Positions 31,411 through 41,457 of a DNA stretch of 64,000 bases are shown here, one piece after another. The DNA is taken from positions 4,388-68,387 of the forward strand of contig JAYGEG010000040.1 of NCBI GenBank assembly GCA_046582495.1. The letters run 5' to 3'. The notes below the pieces were generated by a model. The model had not been told where the DNA came from and made no database searches. It was given only the letters and a program-made list of their open reading frames with translations. This stretch comes from Rhodospirillales bacterium. GTDB taxonomy: Bacteria > Pseudomonadota > Alphaproteobacteria > Rhodospirillales > UBA2165. Within the stretch, counting starts at the first letter, position 1, and every line of letters begins with the position of its first letter. The translations under genes and the position numbers were made by a program.

Positions 31411-32783
31411 CAAGTGTACCCCAGACTGAAACCAACGACGCCCCCGTTCATAAACCTGAACCCAAGGTGACGACCTCGAGTTTCTCGCCGCGTGAAATCG
31501 TCTCGGAACTTGATCGCTATATCATCGGTCAGAACGATGCCAAACGCGCCGTTGCTATCGCCCTTAGAAATCGCTGGCGCCGGCAACAATTGGATGATGA
31601 TTTGCGCGAAGAAGTCTTGCCCAAAAATATTCTGATGATGGGACCAACCGGCGTTGGTAAAACCGAGATTGCCCGCAGGCTCGCCAAGCTTGCCCAGGCA
31701 CCGTTTATCAAAATCGAAGCCACCAAGTTTACCGAAGTCGGCTATGTTGGACGAGATGTTGAATCCATCATCCGGGATTTGATGGAAACCGCCATTCACG
31801 AAACCCGCGAGCGGCTCAGAAAACAAGTTATCGCCAAAGCGGAAATTCTCGCAGAAGAGCGCGTGCTCGACGCTTTGGTTGGCGATTCCGCCAGCCCCGA
31901 TACCCGCCAAAAGTTTCGGAAAATGCTGCGCGAAGGCCAGCTCGACGATAAAGAAATTGAAGTCGATGTTATTGAATCCAATACCTCGGGCATGCCGACT
32001 TTTGATATCCCCGGTATGCCGGGCGCGCAAATGGGCATGCTCAATATCGGTGAAATGATGGGCAAAGCTTTTGGTCAACAAACCACGCCAAAACGTCTTT
32101 CGGTTTCTGACAGCTACGATATCTTGATGGATGAAGAAAGCGACAAACTATTGGATGAAGACCTCGTCATCAAAGAGGCCACCGATAATGTCGAGAACAA
32201 CGGCATCGTCTTTATTGACGAGTTTGATAAAATCACCGCCCGCGCCGATGCCCATGGCGGCGATGTCAGCCGGGAAGGGGTGCAACGCGATCTATTGCCG
32301 CTGATCGAAGGCACGGCGGTCACGACCAAATACGGCACCATCAAAACCGACCATATTCTGTTTATTGCGTCGGGCGCGTTTCATCTCGCCAAACCGTCTG
32401 ATCTCTTGCCCGAATTACAAGGCCGCCTGCCGATCCGGGTCGAGCTGCGGGCGCTGACCGAAGAAGACTTTGTTCGCATCCTGACCGAGCCAGAGGCCAG
32501 CCTGATCAAACAATATGTTGCGCTAATGGCAACCGAAGAGGTCACGCTTAATTTTTCAGAGGAAGCCATCCAGGAAATCGCCAAACTCGCCGCCGAGATC
32601 AACTCGGTTGTCGAGAACATTGGTGCTCGCCGTCTGCATACGGTGATGGAAAAATTGCTCGAAGAAATCAGCTTCACCGCCACCGACCGCGGCGGCGAAG
32701 CCATCGAAATCACCCCCGAACTTGTCCAGGAACGTGTCGGCGACCTCGTCAAAGGCGGCGATCTCAGCAAGTTCATTTTGTAG
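31407..32783 (+). CDS. hslU: ATP-dependent protease ATPase subunit HslU
   Basis: [59 protein letters not shown]. Confidence 0.98.
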   Translation: MTSVPQTETNDAPVHKPEPKVTTSSFSPREIVSELDRYIIGQNDAKRAVAIALRNRWRRQQLDDDLREEVLPKNILMMGPTGVGKTEIARRLAKLAQAPFIKIEATKFTEVGYVGRDVESIIRDLMETAIHETRERLRKQVIAKAEILAEERVLDALVGDSASPDTRQKFRKMLREGQLDDKEIEVDVIESNTSGMPTFDIPGMPGAQMGMLNIGEMMGKAFGQQTTPKRLSVSDSYDILMDEESDKLLDEDLVIKEATDNVENNGIVFIDEFDKITARADAHGGDVSREGVQRDLLPLIEGTAVTTKYGTIKTDHILFIASGAFHLAKPSDLLPELQGRLPIRVELRALTEEDFVRILTEPEASLIKQYVALMATEEVTLNFSEEAIQEIAKLAAEINSVVENIGARRLHTVMEKLLEEISFTATDRGGEAIEITPELVQERVGDLVKGGDLSKFIL

Positions 32784-32792
32784 GGGTTTGAA

Positions 32793-32819
32793 CCACAGAG
32801 GGCACAGAGAACACAGAGT
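32793..32819 (+). repeat. Three tandem 9-bp units (nCACAGAGn)
   Basis: CCACAGAGG-GCACAGAGA-ACACAGAGT; CACAGAG at 32794, 32803 and 32812. Confidence 0.8.
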
Positions 32820-32827
32820 GTGGCGGT

Positions 32828-32870
32828 AGAATTAAGGGGACACGTAACACGTACATGTCCCCTTAATTCT
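32828..32870. repeat. Perfect 15-bp inverted repeat (REP-like hairpin, possibly also the hslVU terminator)
   Basis: AGAATTAAGGGGACA-N13-TGTCCCCTTAATTCT followed by CATTTTTTTA. Confidence 0.8.
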
Positions 32871-32941
32871 CATTTTTTTATCCGTTTGCCGCCTCTGCGC
32901 AAAACTTGTTTAATCGCGCTTGAACAACGGAGCCAAAGACC

Positions 32942-33931
32942 ATGTCCACCTTACCGCCTCGCCAGGAGATTGCCGCCGCTTGGAACGGGCGAGAACTTTC
33001 AGAAACGCCGGAAGTTTGGATGGTGACATTGACGCCAAGCCATTTGGCGGAGCTTGAGACAGCGGCGGATATCAATGACAGTTCTTTTGATTTGCCGACT
33101 TTGGGGGCCGTTCTAGCGGACCTCCAGGTCGAACTCATCAATGGCCGCGGTTTTGTGCTGATCCGTGGATTGGAGATCGAAAAATACTCCGAAGACGAAA
33201 TTGCCACTATATTTACCGGTCTTGGATCGCATATTGGTCATGCGCGATCTCAAAACGGCGCCGGTGATCTTTTAGGCCATGTGCTGGATGTCGGGGCGGA
33301 CGCAAACGACACCGATGTTCGCATTTACCAGACCAGCGAACGCCAAACATTTCATACGGATTCCTGCGACGTCGTTGGGCTCATTTGCCTTAAAAAATCC
33401 AAATCCGGCGGCGCCTCAATGCTGGTCAGCGCATCCAGTATCTATAATGCGTTATTAGAGCGCCGGCCCGATCTATTGGAATTACTGTTCGACCCTATCG
33501 CCACCGATCGCCGCGGCGAAATTCCCAACGGCATGAAACCCTATTTCGAAATTCCGGTATTTACCTGGCATGAGGGGCATCTCAATATAATGTACCAACG
33601 CCAGTATATCGATTCAGCGCAGCGCTTTTCAGGCGTCCTGCGTCTCACGCCAAATCATATTGAGGCGCTGGACCTGTTCGATGAACTCGCCAATGATCCC
33701 GACCTGACCCTTTCGATGCAGCTGGAACCCGGCGATATTCAATTCGTCCATAATCATTCAATGCTGCATGACCGCATGGGCTTCGAAGACTGGCCGGAGC
33801 CAGACCGCCGCCGCCATTTGCTGCGATTGTGGTTAAGTGTCCCCGGCGATCGTCCTTTGCCAGAGTGTTTTGCCGAGCGATTTGGCTCGACCACCATTGG
33901 CGATCGCGGTGGAATTGTCGTTCCCGCGTGA
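32942..33931 (+). CDS. TauD/TfdA family Fe(II)/2-oxoglutarate dioxygenase
   Basis: FHTDSCDVVGL (HxD), EPGDIQFVHNHSMLHDRMGF, RRHLLRLWL. Confidence 0.9.
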   Translation: MSTLPPRQEIAAAWNGRELSETPEVWMVTLTPSHLAELETAADINDSSFDLPTLGAVLADLQVELINGRGFVLIRGLEIEKYSEDEIATIFTGLGSHIGHARSQNGAGDLLGHVLDVGADANDTDVRIYQTSERQTFHTDSCDVVGLICLKKSKSGGASMLVSASSIYNALLERRPDLLELLFDPIATDRRGEIPNGMKPYFEIPVFTWHEGHLNIMYQRQYIDSAQRFSGVLRLTPNHIEALDLFDELANDPDLTLSMQLEPGDIQFVHNHSMLHDRMGFEDWPEPDRRRHLLRLWLSVPGDRPLPECFAERFGSTTIGDRGGIVVPA

Positions 33932-33940
33932 CGGATGTGT

Positions 33941-33978
33941 TAAAGCGGACATGACCTTCTACACGTCCCCTTATTTTC
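33941..33978. repeat. Degenerate copy of the REP-like hairpin, downstream of TauD
   Basis: TAAAGCGGACATG-N8-CACGTCCCCTTATTTTC; the right arm resembles CATGTCCCCTTAATTCT at 32854-32870. Confidence 0.55.
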
Positions 33979-33982
33979 TATT

Positions 33983-34820
33983 CTACTTCTTCAGCCAAGC
34001 CGCCATGCCTTGAACATTGGCTTTGCGGAAGAACTTATAGGCGTCCCAGTTTTTGTACTCGGACATGGTGACGGTTTTGGCAAGCTCGTCGACAGATTTT
34101 CCGGCCCGCAAACCCGCGGTAACACGTTTTCTAAGTGTCTCAATATAGGCCCGGAATTTTTTCAAATCACCGTGGGTGCCGACACTGCCATGACCCGGGA
34201 TCAAAGTTTTAAATTTTAGGCTTTCAGCGGTTTTGATCTGCTTGATCAAACCATCAATATTGGTGCGCGGAAAATTGCGGAACGGCAGCCGGTCCTTAGA
34301 GGCCAGATCAACAATGAAAGCGGCGTTTTCAGGCCGCGCCGTGGCCAACGCCGAGATATTTAAGCTCAGATGTTTTGCCGCCGAGCCGAAAAATCAATTC
34401 ATCCTCGAAGGTCATTGTCGGCCAGCCGGTTCTAGCTTTACCGGACAAAACTTCGGCGCGCACTTTTTCATGGGCGACGACTTCAACGCCTTTGCCCCAT
34501 TCTTCACCGCCGGTGACGTGGTCGCCGTGACTATGAGAATAGATCGCGTGGCTAACAGGTTTGTTGAAGCGCTTTTTAACTTCGCCCCTAAGCCATTTCA
34601 CCACACCCGCATTGATCGGATCGGTAACGACAACGCTGTCTTTGGTAACAACAAGCATGCCGAAATGAAAATTGTTCTGGTAGCGATAAATATCGCCGGT
34701 GACATTTTTAATCGAACGTTTTGGCGGACCACTTGGCCGCTGTGCGTTTGCGTCTTAAATATATGTAAACCCAAATACAGCCGTTGAAAAAATTATTGCC
34801 TTCAATGTTTTGCTTAGCAT
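33983..34820 (-). pseudogene. Secreted MBL-fold metallo-hydrolase pseudogene
   Basis: From ATG 34820: signal-peptide-like MLSKTLKAIIFSTAVFGFTYI, in-frame TAA at 34755-34757, then DANAQ...YSHSHGDHVTGG (HxHxDH). A frameshift or short deletion near 34340 lies between LGVGHG and RPENAAF, and the distal part has LIPGHG. Confidence 0.85.
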
Positions 34821-34907
34821 AACGAATTTCTCCCAAATGATTTTTGTGTTGTTCTGTAAACAACGCACAAGCGGCCCTATTCCGCCAAATCACCTATTTG
34901 TTAGACG

Positions 34908-35270
34908 TTATTCGCCTTCATCGAAGCCCATTTCGGCGAGGATGCGGGTGATGGTTTCTTCGTCCAATTCGTGAATATGCTTGGCCATCAGATTGGCAAG
35001 GAGGGTCGCCTTGGGATGAAGGCCGGAAGTATCCACCGGCACGCGGGGGTGGGACAATTGCGCGAGCTCTTTAAGATCATCAACTTCATCCCAGATCAAT
35101 TCAAAATACATTGCGATCTGCATGACAAAGCCTGGGCCCGGACGCCCGCGATTGCCGTGCTCAAGCGCCGATAAATAGGCGGAGGACACTTGAAGATCTT
35201 CCGCCATTTGTTTGAGCTGAATGTTTTTCGCCGCTCTAAGTTCGCGCACACGTTTGCCGAAAGGGGTCAT
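34908..35270 (-). CDS. XRE-family HTH protein
   Basis: MTPFGKRVRELR...MAEDLQVSSAYLSALEHGNRG; LSHPRV.VDTSGL.P.AT.LAN. Confidence 0.9.
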   Translation of the reverse strand: MTPFGKRVRELRAAKNIQLKQMAEDLQVSSAYLSALEHGNRGRPGPGFVMQIAMYFELIWDEVDDLKELAQLSHPRVPVDTSGLHPKATLLANLMAKHIHELDEETITRILAEMGFDEGE

Positions 35271-35854
35271 GGCCTACCCCCTCCCGCCCCATCACTGGCT
35301 CTCTTCCTTTTCAACAAAACATAGAGCGCGCCGGTGCCACCATCTGAAGGTGTTGCGTGGCTAAACGATAAAATCCGGCTGCGGTTAGGTTCTTGGTTGA
35401 GCCAGCGCGGCACCATTTCGCGAAGCACGCCGATTTGTCTCTCATTGTCGTCAAGCTTCAACCCCTTACCCGTGATCACCAAGACGCAGCGTTTGCCGGC
35501 ATTCGCCGCGCCCGCCAAAAATCCATTGAGCGCGCGGTGTGCTTCGTCTTGGCGGTGACCATGGAGGTCCAGCCGGGCTTCGATCGGCATTTTGCCGCGC
35601 TTCATCCGTTGGGCAGAGCGTTTATCAAGGCCGGGCGTATCGCCATGACGGAGTTCAGGCTGATCTGATTTTTGGGCCTGAGGCTCCGCCCTCAGCTGCG
35701 CATTCGGCGCGCGGATAATGGCAGGGTTTTCTTTTGGCGGTGAATTATCAATCTGTTTTTTAATATCTCTGCCGGGCAGGGAATCGACATCTTTCATGGC
35801 AAAGGCCAGAAGATCGGCGTCACTGATTTCGGGTTTTTTGGATTTTTTGGCCAT
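35267..35854 (-). CDS. Smr/MutS2 family protein
   Basis: IEARLDLHG, VLVITGKG, VPRWL, GGTGALYVLL. Confidence 0.93.
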   Translation of the reverse strand: MAKKSKKPEISDADLLAFAMKDVDSLPGRDIKKQIDNSPPKENPAIIRAPNAQLRAEPQAQKSDQPELRHGDTPGLDKRSAQRMKRGKMPIEARLDLHGHRQDEAHRALNGFLAGAANAGKRCVLVITGKGLKLDDNERQIGVLREMVPRWLNQEPNRSRILSFSHATPSDGGTGALYVLLKRKRASDGAGGGRP

Positions 35855-36528
35855 CAGACATCATCAACAATAATAATATGCAAACGGCGCGGGCCATGAA
35901 TACCCAATTGAATTTTCTGTTCGATGTCACCGGTGCGCGACGGGCCGGTAATCCAATTAACCACCCTTGGCATATTAGAATTGCGTTCGTCTCGTAGTCG
36001 CTTCCAGGTTGCTTCATAATCGCCCGTCACTCGAGAGCGCGGCAATACAACGACATGAGTTTCCGGCAAAAAGTTCAGCGTGGTTGGGTTTTCGGGCGCA
36101 GCGTGCAGAACCAATGTGCCGGTCTCAGCAACGCCGGCAAACGCCACGGCCAGTCCAACTTGATCGGTTTCTTCGGCGATGCCACAGTTTCGGGTCAAGG
36201 TTGGTTGCTGGGACCAATCAACGTTTTCCAATAGAGGGTCCTCCGATGATTTCACTTCACTTGGAAGGTTCTGACTGGATAGATACGTCGTCAGGGCTGC
36301 CGGCAGATCATCCATATTTTCGATGCGGTCGGTTGTCGCCGAAACTTCTTCGGCCCAGTCGCGGAACATTTGCACTTGGTCATCTGGCGGCACCTGCGCG
36401 CGATTTGGAATAAGATTTTTGGGCGGCGTCGCGATACGCGCAGCGGCTGCCGCATAGCGCGTTTCTTTTTCGCCCGCCTCATTGAGCGCGGCGCCAATTT
36501 TGCCAAGGATGCTTTCTCTCGAACTCAC
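35854..36528 (-). CDS. lutC: Lactate utilization protein C (LutC/YkgG/LldG)
   Basis: GVAETGTLVL, TLNFLPETHVVVL, WITGPSRTGDIEQ...G.HGPRRL. Start set to GTG 36528 (GTGA overlap). Confidence 0.9.
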   Translation of the reverse strand: MSSRESILGKIGAALNEAGEKETRYAAAAARIATPPKNLIPNRAQVPPDDQVQMFRDWAEEVSATTDRIENMDDLPAALTTYLSSQNLPSEVKSSEDPLLENVDWSQQPTLTRNCGIAEETDQVGLAVAFAGVAETGTLVLHAAPENPTTLNFLPETHVVVLPRSRVTGDYEATWKRLRDERNSNMPRVVNWITGPSRTGDIEQKIQLGIHGPRRLHIIIVDDV

Positions 36529-37943
36529 TTGTTCCGCTCCTTCCACAAGGCTTGAAAGGTTTTGCCTTGCGGTGCGGGAAAATTGCGACTGTCAGTCCAG
36601 CCGCTCATCAACATGATAGATTTAAAATGACCTTTTTTGCCGGCAAACTTCGCCACGACCTGCATTTTCATACCAACTAGGAAATGATAGAGCGCCGGTC
36701 GCTTGGCAAACATCGCCCACCATTTAAGCCCCCATTTGGTTTTCCAATCGGTGAGATCGCGCTCAAAAACCTGATCGCGCCAGCGCCGAAGGAGGGCCGG
36801 CAAGGGAATGCGAACAGGACAAACTTCTTCGCATTTACCACAGAGCGTCGACGCCTGCGGCAAGTGCGATGCCTCATCCAGTCCCATCAGACCCGGAGTC
36901 AGGACCGCGCCCATCGGACCGGGATAAACCCAGCCATAGGCATGGCCACCGACAGCGTTATAGACCGGGCAGTGATTGAGGCAGGCGCCGCAGCGAATAC
37001 AACGCAGCATTTCTGAAAAATCACCCGCCAGCAAATCGGTGCGACCATTATCCAGAATAACGACATGATATTCTGCCGGACCGTCAAGATCGGCCTCTCG
37101 GCGCGGGCCCGTTGAAAAAGTTGTATAGGACGACATTTCCTGGCCGGTCGCCGAGCGCGCCAGCACGCGCAGCAAGGTCGTCACATCTTCCAGCGTCGGT
37201 ACAATTTTTTCGATGCTCGCCAGTGCGATATGAACTTTTGGCAAGGTTTGCGTAAGATCACCATTGCCTTCATTGGTGACAATCACGCTGGTACCGGTTT
37301 CAGCGATGAGAAAATTAGCCCCCGTGAGGCCGACATCGGCCTCTATAAATTTATCCCGCAGCATGGCACGGGCTTCGGACAATAGATCATCCGGATCTTC
37401 CAACGAACGATCCGGCGCAAGGTCTGTGTGCGTTTTTTTGAACGCTTCCGCGACCTGTTCTTTGGTGACGTGAACAGCCGGCGCAATAATATGGCTCGGC
37501 ATTTCGCCGCGAAGCTGAATGATGTATTCGCCGAGATCGGTTTCTATCGGCACAATATCATTTACTTCAAGATACTCATTGATGCCAATTTCCTCACCGA
37601 TCATCGACTTGCCTTTAGTGACGGTTTTGGCATCCGCCTGTTGGCAAATTTCCAGAATGATCGCGCGGGCCTCATCTTCATTTGCCGCCCAATGCACATG
37701 GCCGCCGCTGGCTTCGACATTTTGCTGATAGATTTCGAGATAGACATCCATATGGGCGATGGTGTGGGTTTTGATATCCCGCGCCTGGTCTCGCAGTTCT
37801 TCAAATTCTTCGAGACGTTCGCTGGCGATTTTGCGTTTTGCGACAAAACCGGTTTTGATGCTTTTTAAGGCATGCTGTAGCTGTTCATTCGCCAGCGCCT
37901 CTTTAACATTGCTTTTAAACTGTGAGCTGGTTGATCTAACCAT
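36525..37943 (-). CDS. lutB: Lactate utilization Fe-S protein B (LutB/YkgF/LldF)
   Basis: KGKSMIGEEI, ETDLGEYIIQL...PSHIIAPAVH, NEGNG, CIRCGACLNHCPVY, STLCGKCEEVCPV. Confidence 0.95.
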   Translation of the reverse strand: MVRSTSSQFKSNVKEALANEQLQHALKSIKTGFVAKRKIASERLEEFEELRDQARDIKTHTIAHMDVYLEIYQQNVEASGGHVHWAANEDEARAIILEICQQADAKTVTKGKSMIGEEIGINEYLEVNDIVPIETDLGEYIIQLRGEMPSHIIAPAVHVTKEQVAEAFKKTHTDLAPDRSLEDPDDLLSEARAMLRDKFIEADVGLTGANFLIAETGTSVIVTNEGNGDLTQTLPKVHIALASIEKIVPTLEDVTTLLRVLARSATGQEMSSYTTFSTGPRREADLDGPAEYHVVILDNGRTDLLAGDFSEMLRCIRCGACLNHCPVYNAVGGHAYGWVYPGPMGAVLTPGLMGLDEASHLPQASTLCGKCEEVCPVRIPLPALLRRWRDQVFERDLTDWKTKWGLKWWAMFAKRPALYHFLVGMKMQVVAKFAGKKGHFKSIMLMSGWTDSRNFPAPQGKTFQALWKERNK

Positions 37944-38742
37944 TTGCTTCACCAATTGGGGCCGTATCGGTCATGCCCGCCAGAACTTCAGCAACATGAC
38001 GGACTTTAAGATTTGACTCTTTGCCTTCATCCTTGAGGCGGCTGAGCTTGCCTTGAATATTCATCAGACAGCCTAAATCACCACCGAGGACCACCTCTGC
38101 ATCGGTCTCAGACAAGGCATCGATGCTTTTGCCCACCATGTGATCTGAGATATCAGAGTATTTAACGCAGAACGTGCCGCCAAAGCCGCAGCAGGTTTCA
38201 GCCTCCTCATATTCTTCGATGATTAAGCCTTCCACTTGTGCCAATAATTGTCGCGGCTGATCTTTAACGCCGAGTTCACGCAAACCGGCGCAGGAATCAT
38301 GATAGGTCACTTTTTGATCCAGGGAGACGTCTAGGTCTTGGATGTTCATCACATCGATTAAAAACGATGTGAGCTCATAGGTCTTTTTGGCAAGATTAAA
38401 CACCCGCGGTGTCATTTCCAAATCATCGGCAAATAGCTTTGGGTAATGCTCTTTGATCATGCCGGCGCAAGACCCGGAAGGAGCAACAACATACTCGAAC
38501 TCTTCGAAGGCATCGACAATAAGCCGCGCAATATCTTTGGCGTCTTTGGTATCACCGGCATTATAGGCGGGCTGACCACAACAAGTCTGGCTTTCAGGTA
38601 CAAAAATTTGGCAGCCGGCATCTTCGAGCAGTTTAACAGAGGCAAATCCAACGCTCGGTCGCATCAAATCGACGAGGCAGGTTACGAAAAGGCCGACCTT
38701 CGGGCCAGAACTGAAGGATGCTTTTGGAGAAGAACTTGGCAT
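37936..38742 (-). CDS. lutA: Lactate utilization protein A (CCG-domain Fe-S protein, LutA/YkgE/LldE)
   Basis: VGLFVTCLVD, QTCCGQPAYNAG, PSGSCAGM, YHDSCAGLR, CCGFGGTF, DLGCLMNI. Confidence 0.94.
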   Translation of the reverse strand: MPSSSPKASFSSGPKVGLFVTCLVDLMRPSVGFASVKLLEDAGCQIFVPESQTCCGQPAYNAGDTKDAKDIARLIVDAFEEFEYVVAPSGSCAGMIKEHYPKLFADDLEMTPRVFNLAKKTYELTSFLIDVMNIQDLDVSLDQKVTYHDSCAGLRELGVKDQPRQLLAQVEGLIIEEYEEAETCCGFGGTFCVKYSDISDHMVGKSIDALSETDAEVVLGGDLGCLMNIQGKLSRLKDEGKESNLKVRHVAEVLAGMTDTAPIGEANG

Positions 38743-38803
38743 AAAGCCAAAATGCCTATTAACTGAAATAAAGTAAAGTCAAGAAAACTTTAAGGTGGGA
38801 ATT

Positions 38804-39991
38804 TTACCGTCGAAGAGACCGCGGCAGCAAAATATAAAGCTGGCCGGTTTGTTTCATGCGGCCGGCGGCTTGCCGCGCCTGATCGCCTGCGCCCCAGAAA
38901 TAATCACCCCGAACCGGGCCGATGATAGCGCCGCCGGTATCTTGGGCAATCATCAAGCGGCGCAATGGGGAATGTGTCAGCGGATGGCTGGTATCGAGAT
39001 AAATCGGCGCGCCCATCGGCAAATATTTGCGGTCAACGGCGAGACTTCTGCCGGGCGTAAGGGCCACGCCTTGAGCACCAATTGGTCCGGCTCCATCTTT
39101 AAGCTCCCGGAAAAAAACATAGGATTTATTTTTATTCATCAAAGCGGCAGCCCGGCTCGGATTGCGTTCGAGCCACGAGCGAATGGTTTGCAAGGACACA
39201 TTTTCCTTTGTCAAAGCGCCATTTTTCACCAATTCTCGGCCAATCGCATAATAAGGCTGGCCGTTGCGACCGGCGTAACCAACACGGACAACCTCGCCAC
39301 TATCTAAGAGAACCCGGCCAGAGCCCTGAATTTGCAAAAAGAACGCATCAATCGCATTGTCGACCCAGAGCAATTCCAAGCCTTTGCCTTTAAGCGCGCC
39401 TTGGGTAATGCTGGCTCGGCTGGCGTACGGCACAAGCCTGCCATTTTTTAGACGGCCTGCCAGCTCCCTGCCTTTCCAGTCTTTTCGAAATTGGCCAAGA
39501 TTGGCCGACACCAGATCAGGCGGACGGCGATATAGGGCAACATTATACTTACGGGATGGCCGCCGGGAGCCGCGCAATTGAGGCTCGAAATAGCCGGTGA
39601 ACAGGCCCCGAGATTTGCCATTGTCATTCAGTCGATAGGGATCAAACCAACTTTCGAAAAATCGCCGGGCATTATCTTGAGAAATACCGGCGCTAAATTC
39701 AGAAGTTGCCCGGCAAATTTGCTGCCAGTTTCCCATCGTGCCGGCAAATCCATTTCTGCCAAGTTGCTTGACCGCGGATTGTTTGAAAATTTTTGTGCAG
39801 GACCGCAAAAAAGCGCTGAATGCCGCCGCATGGTTGTCCCGCCGCCAATCCGCGAGATGCGAAAAATCAACAGCCGCGAGCCCAAGTTTTGGCGCGGCCG
39901 GTTTGGATTCTTGAGACGGCGCGTCAAACTGACTACAACCAGCGAGAAAAAGAAAAATATATAAGGGGAGGTGCTTGAAGCCGTTAATCAA
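38804..39991 (-). CDS. mltA: Membrane-bound lytic murein transglycosylase A
   Basis: Lipobox LAGC, FTGYFEP, FFLQIQGSG, NKSYVFF, RSLAVD, QDTGGAI.G..RGDYFWG. Start uncertain; TTG 39991 chosen. Confidence 0.93.
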   Translation of the reverse strand: MINGFKHLPLYIFLFLAGCSQFDAPSQESKPAAPKLGLAAVDFSHLADWRRDNHAAAFSAFLRSCTKIFKQSAVKQLGRNGFAGTMGNWQQICRATSEFSAGISQDNARRFFESWFDPYRLNDNGKSRGLFTGYFEPQLRGSRRPSRKYNVALYRRPPDLVSANLGQFRKDWKGRELAGRLKNGRLVPYASRASITQGALKGKGLELLWVDNAIDAFFLQIQGSGRVLLDSGEVVRVGYAGRNGQPYYAIGRELVKNGALTKENVSLQTIRSWLERNPSRAAALMNKNKSYVFFRELKDGAGPIGAQGVALTPGRSLAVDRKYLPMGAPIYLDTSHPLTHSPLRRLMIAQDTGGAIIGPVRGDYFWGAGDQARQAAGRMKQTGQLYILLPRSLRR

Positions 39992-40691
39992 GACTTCTTG
40001 TCGCAACCAACAGCCAGTTTGGATCATCCGTTTTAGTATCGCGGGCATAGGTCCAAATATCGGTCACTTCGGAAATATGGTCGGCATCACCATCAACGAC
40101 TTCGCCGTCTTCGTCGCGGGTTACGTTGACTTGTTCGGATACAATTTTAATCGTCACGTTGGCAATTTGATCTTCCATATAGGCTTCGATCATTTCGCCG
40201 CTTACGATCCTGACCAATGTGTTTTCAAGCTTATGATTGTCGGCTTGTCGGCTGCGAATGGCTTGGAGGAAGTTGTTATAAACCTCATTATTCAGCAGCG
40301 AGTTCAAAAGATCTGTATCGCCTTCTGCAAAAGCTTGAATGATCATTTCAAAGGCGGTGCGTGCACCGACCAAAAATTCGGTATCGTCAAAATCTGGCGA
40401 AACGCTTTTAATTTGTGCAAGACCGGCACTTAAAGGAGTTTCGGGTTGTTTCTCAGCTTCTTCCTCGTCTGCATCACCATCGACCGGGCCGTGATCTGGG
40501 AGCGCGATAACATTGCCATTGCTCGTGTCTTTTTGTTTTTTAGGATCTGAAGAAAAGGCATCGGTTTGATTGCGTTGCTGTGGATCACCGGAATCTTTAT
40601 GACGACCCAATACAGACCGCAGGCGTAAAATCAAAAACGCCGCAATCATCGCAAACAAAATAATGTCTATAAACTGGAAACCTTCGCTCAT
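39984..40691 (-). CDS. Tim44/TimA family putative adaptor protein
   Basis: DIILFAMIAAFLILRLRSVLGR, FLVGARTAFEMI..AF..GD, DIWTYARD....DPNWLLVAT. Confidence 0.9.
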   Translation of the reverse strand: MSEGFQFIDIILFAMIAAFLILRLRSVLGRHKDSGDPQQRNQTDAFSSDPKKQKDTSNGNVIALPDHGPVDGDADEEEAEKQPETPLSAGLAQIKSVSPDFDDTEFLVGARTAFEMIIQAFAEGDTDLLNSLLNNEVYNNFLQAIRSRQADNHKLENTLVRIVSGEMIEAYMEDQIANVTIKIVSEQVNVTRDEDGEVVDGDADHISEVTDIWTYARDTKTDDPNWLLVATRSLD

Positions 40692-40946
40692 AATCTTTTC
40701 TCGGCCTGATATTTTGAGAGTTTATTGGAGGATTATCCTAAATATCCACATTTTTTCCCAAGGGTGAAACTAATGTTAACCTATCTCAACTTAACTCTGG
40801 AGCTTGCATTGGTCCAGTCACAGCTTAGTTAAGTACCGAAGCCACAACATTTAATTAACTTCTGTTAGTTTAGAGATAAGCTGTTTAGGGCAAAAGCACA
40901 AGTTACCACGTCAAGAATCTGCAATTTGAGTTTAAAGACTGTCTTT

Positions 40947-41444
40947 ATGGGTTATATCATATTTCTGCTCTTTATAGGGATTCCGATCCTGGAAATCGCC
41001 GTTTTTATTGCGGTTGGAGATCAAATTGGCCTTTGGCCGACCTTGGCCGCCATTTTCATCACAGCGGCGATCGGCGCCTGGGCATTGCGGGTTCAGGGGC
41101 TTGCGACATTGTTTCGGGCGCAGGAACATTTGAACCAAGGACGCTTTCCAATGGAGGAAGTGTTTGATGGACTTTGTCTTTTGGTGGCGGGCGCATTTCT
41201 GTTAACCCCCGGATTTGTTACGGATGCGGTTGGATTTCTTTTATTTTTACCGCCGTTCCGCTTTTTCGTTAAAAGGGCAGTCGGCGCAGTCTTGGTTGCA
41301 CGAGGCGGCATACATGTTTATACGAGCGGCAATGGATCGGAACATGCGTCTTCCGATGGCTCGATTATTGACGGCGAGTTTGAAGAAATTCGCCCCGAAG
41401 GGCAAGAAGAAGAACATGATGAAACCATTAAACGCATCGATTAG
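40947..41444 (+). CDS. fxsA: FxsA family protein
   Basis: PILEIAVFI.VG..IG.WPTL, AGAFLLTPGFVTD.VG, IIDGEFEE. Start set to ATG 40947. Confidence 0.92.
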   Translation: MGYIIFLLFIGIPILEIAVFIAVGDQIGLWPTLAAIFITAAIGAWALRVQGLATLFRAQEHLNQGRFPMEEVFDGLCLLVAGAFLLTPGFVTDAVGFLLFLPPFRFFVKRAVGAVLVARGGIHVYTSGNGSEHASSDGSIIDGEFEEIRPEGQEEEHDETIKRID

Positions 41445-41457
41445 AGGAATAGAATAA

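Noticed and set aside
31365-32081. 238-aa minus-strand ORF
   Set aside because: Antisense to hslU; no independent features.
32791-32870. Possible CRISPR remnant
   Set aside because: Units are 9 bp with no spacers; there is no 23-47-bp repeat array and no cas gene in the window.
40742-40750. ATATCCACA as an outlying DnaA box upstream of Tim44
   Set aside because: A single one-mismatch 9-mer is expected by chance in 64 kb.
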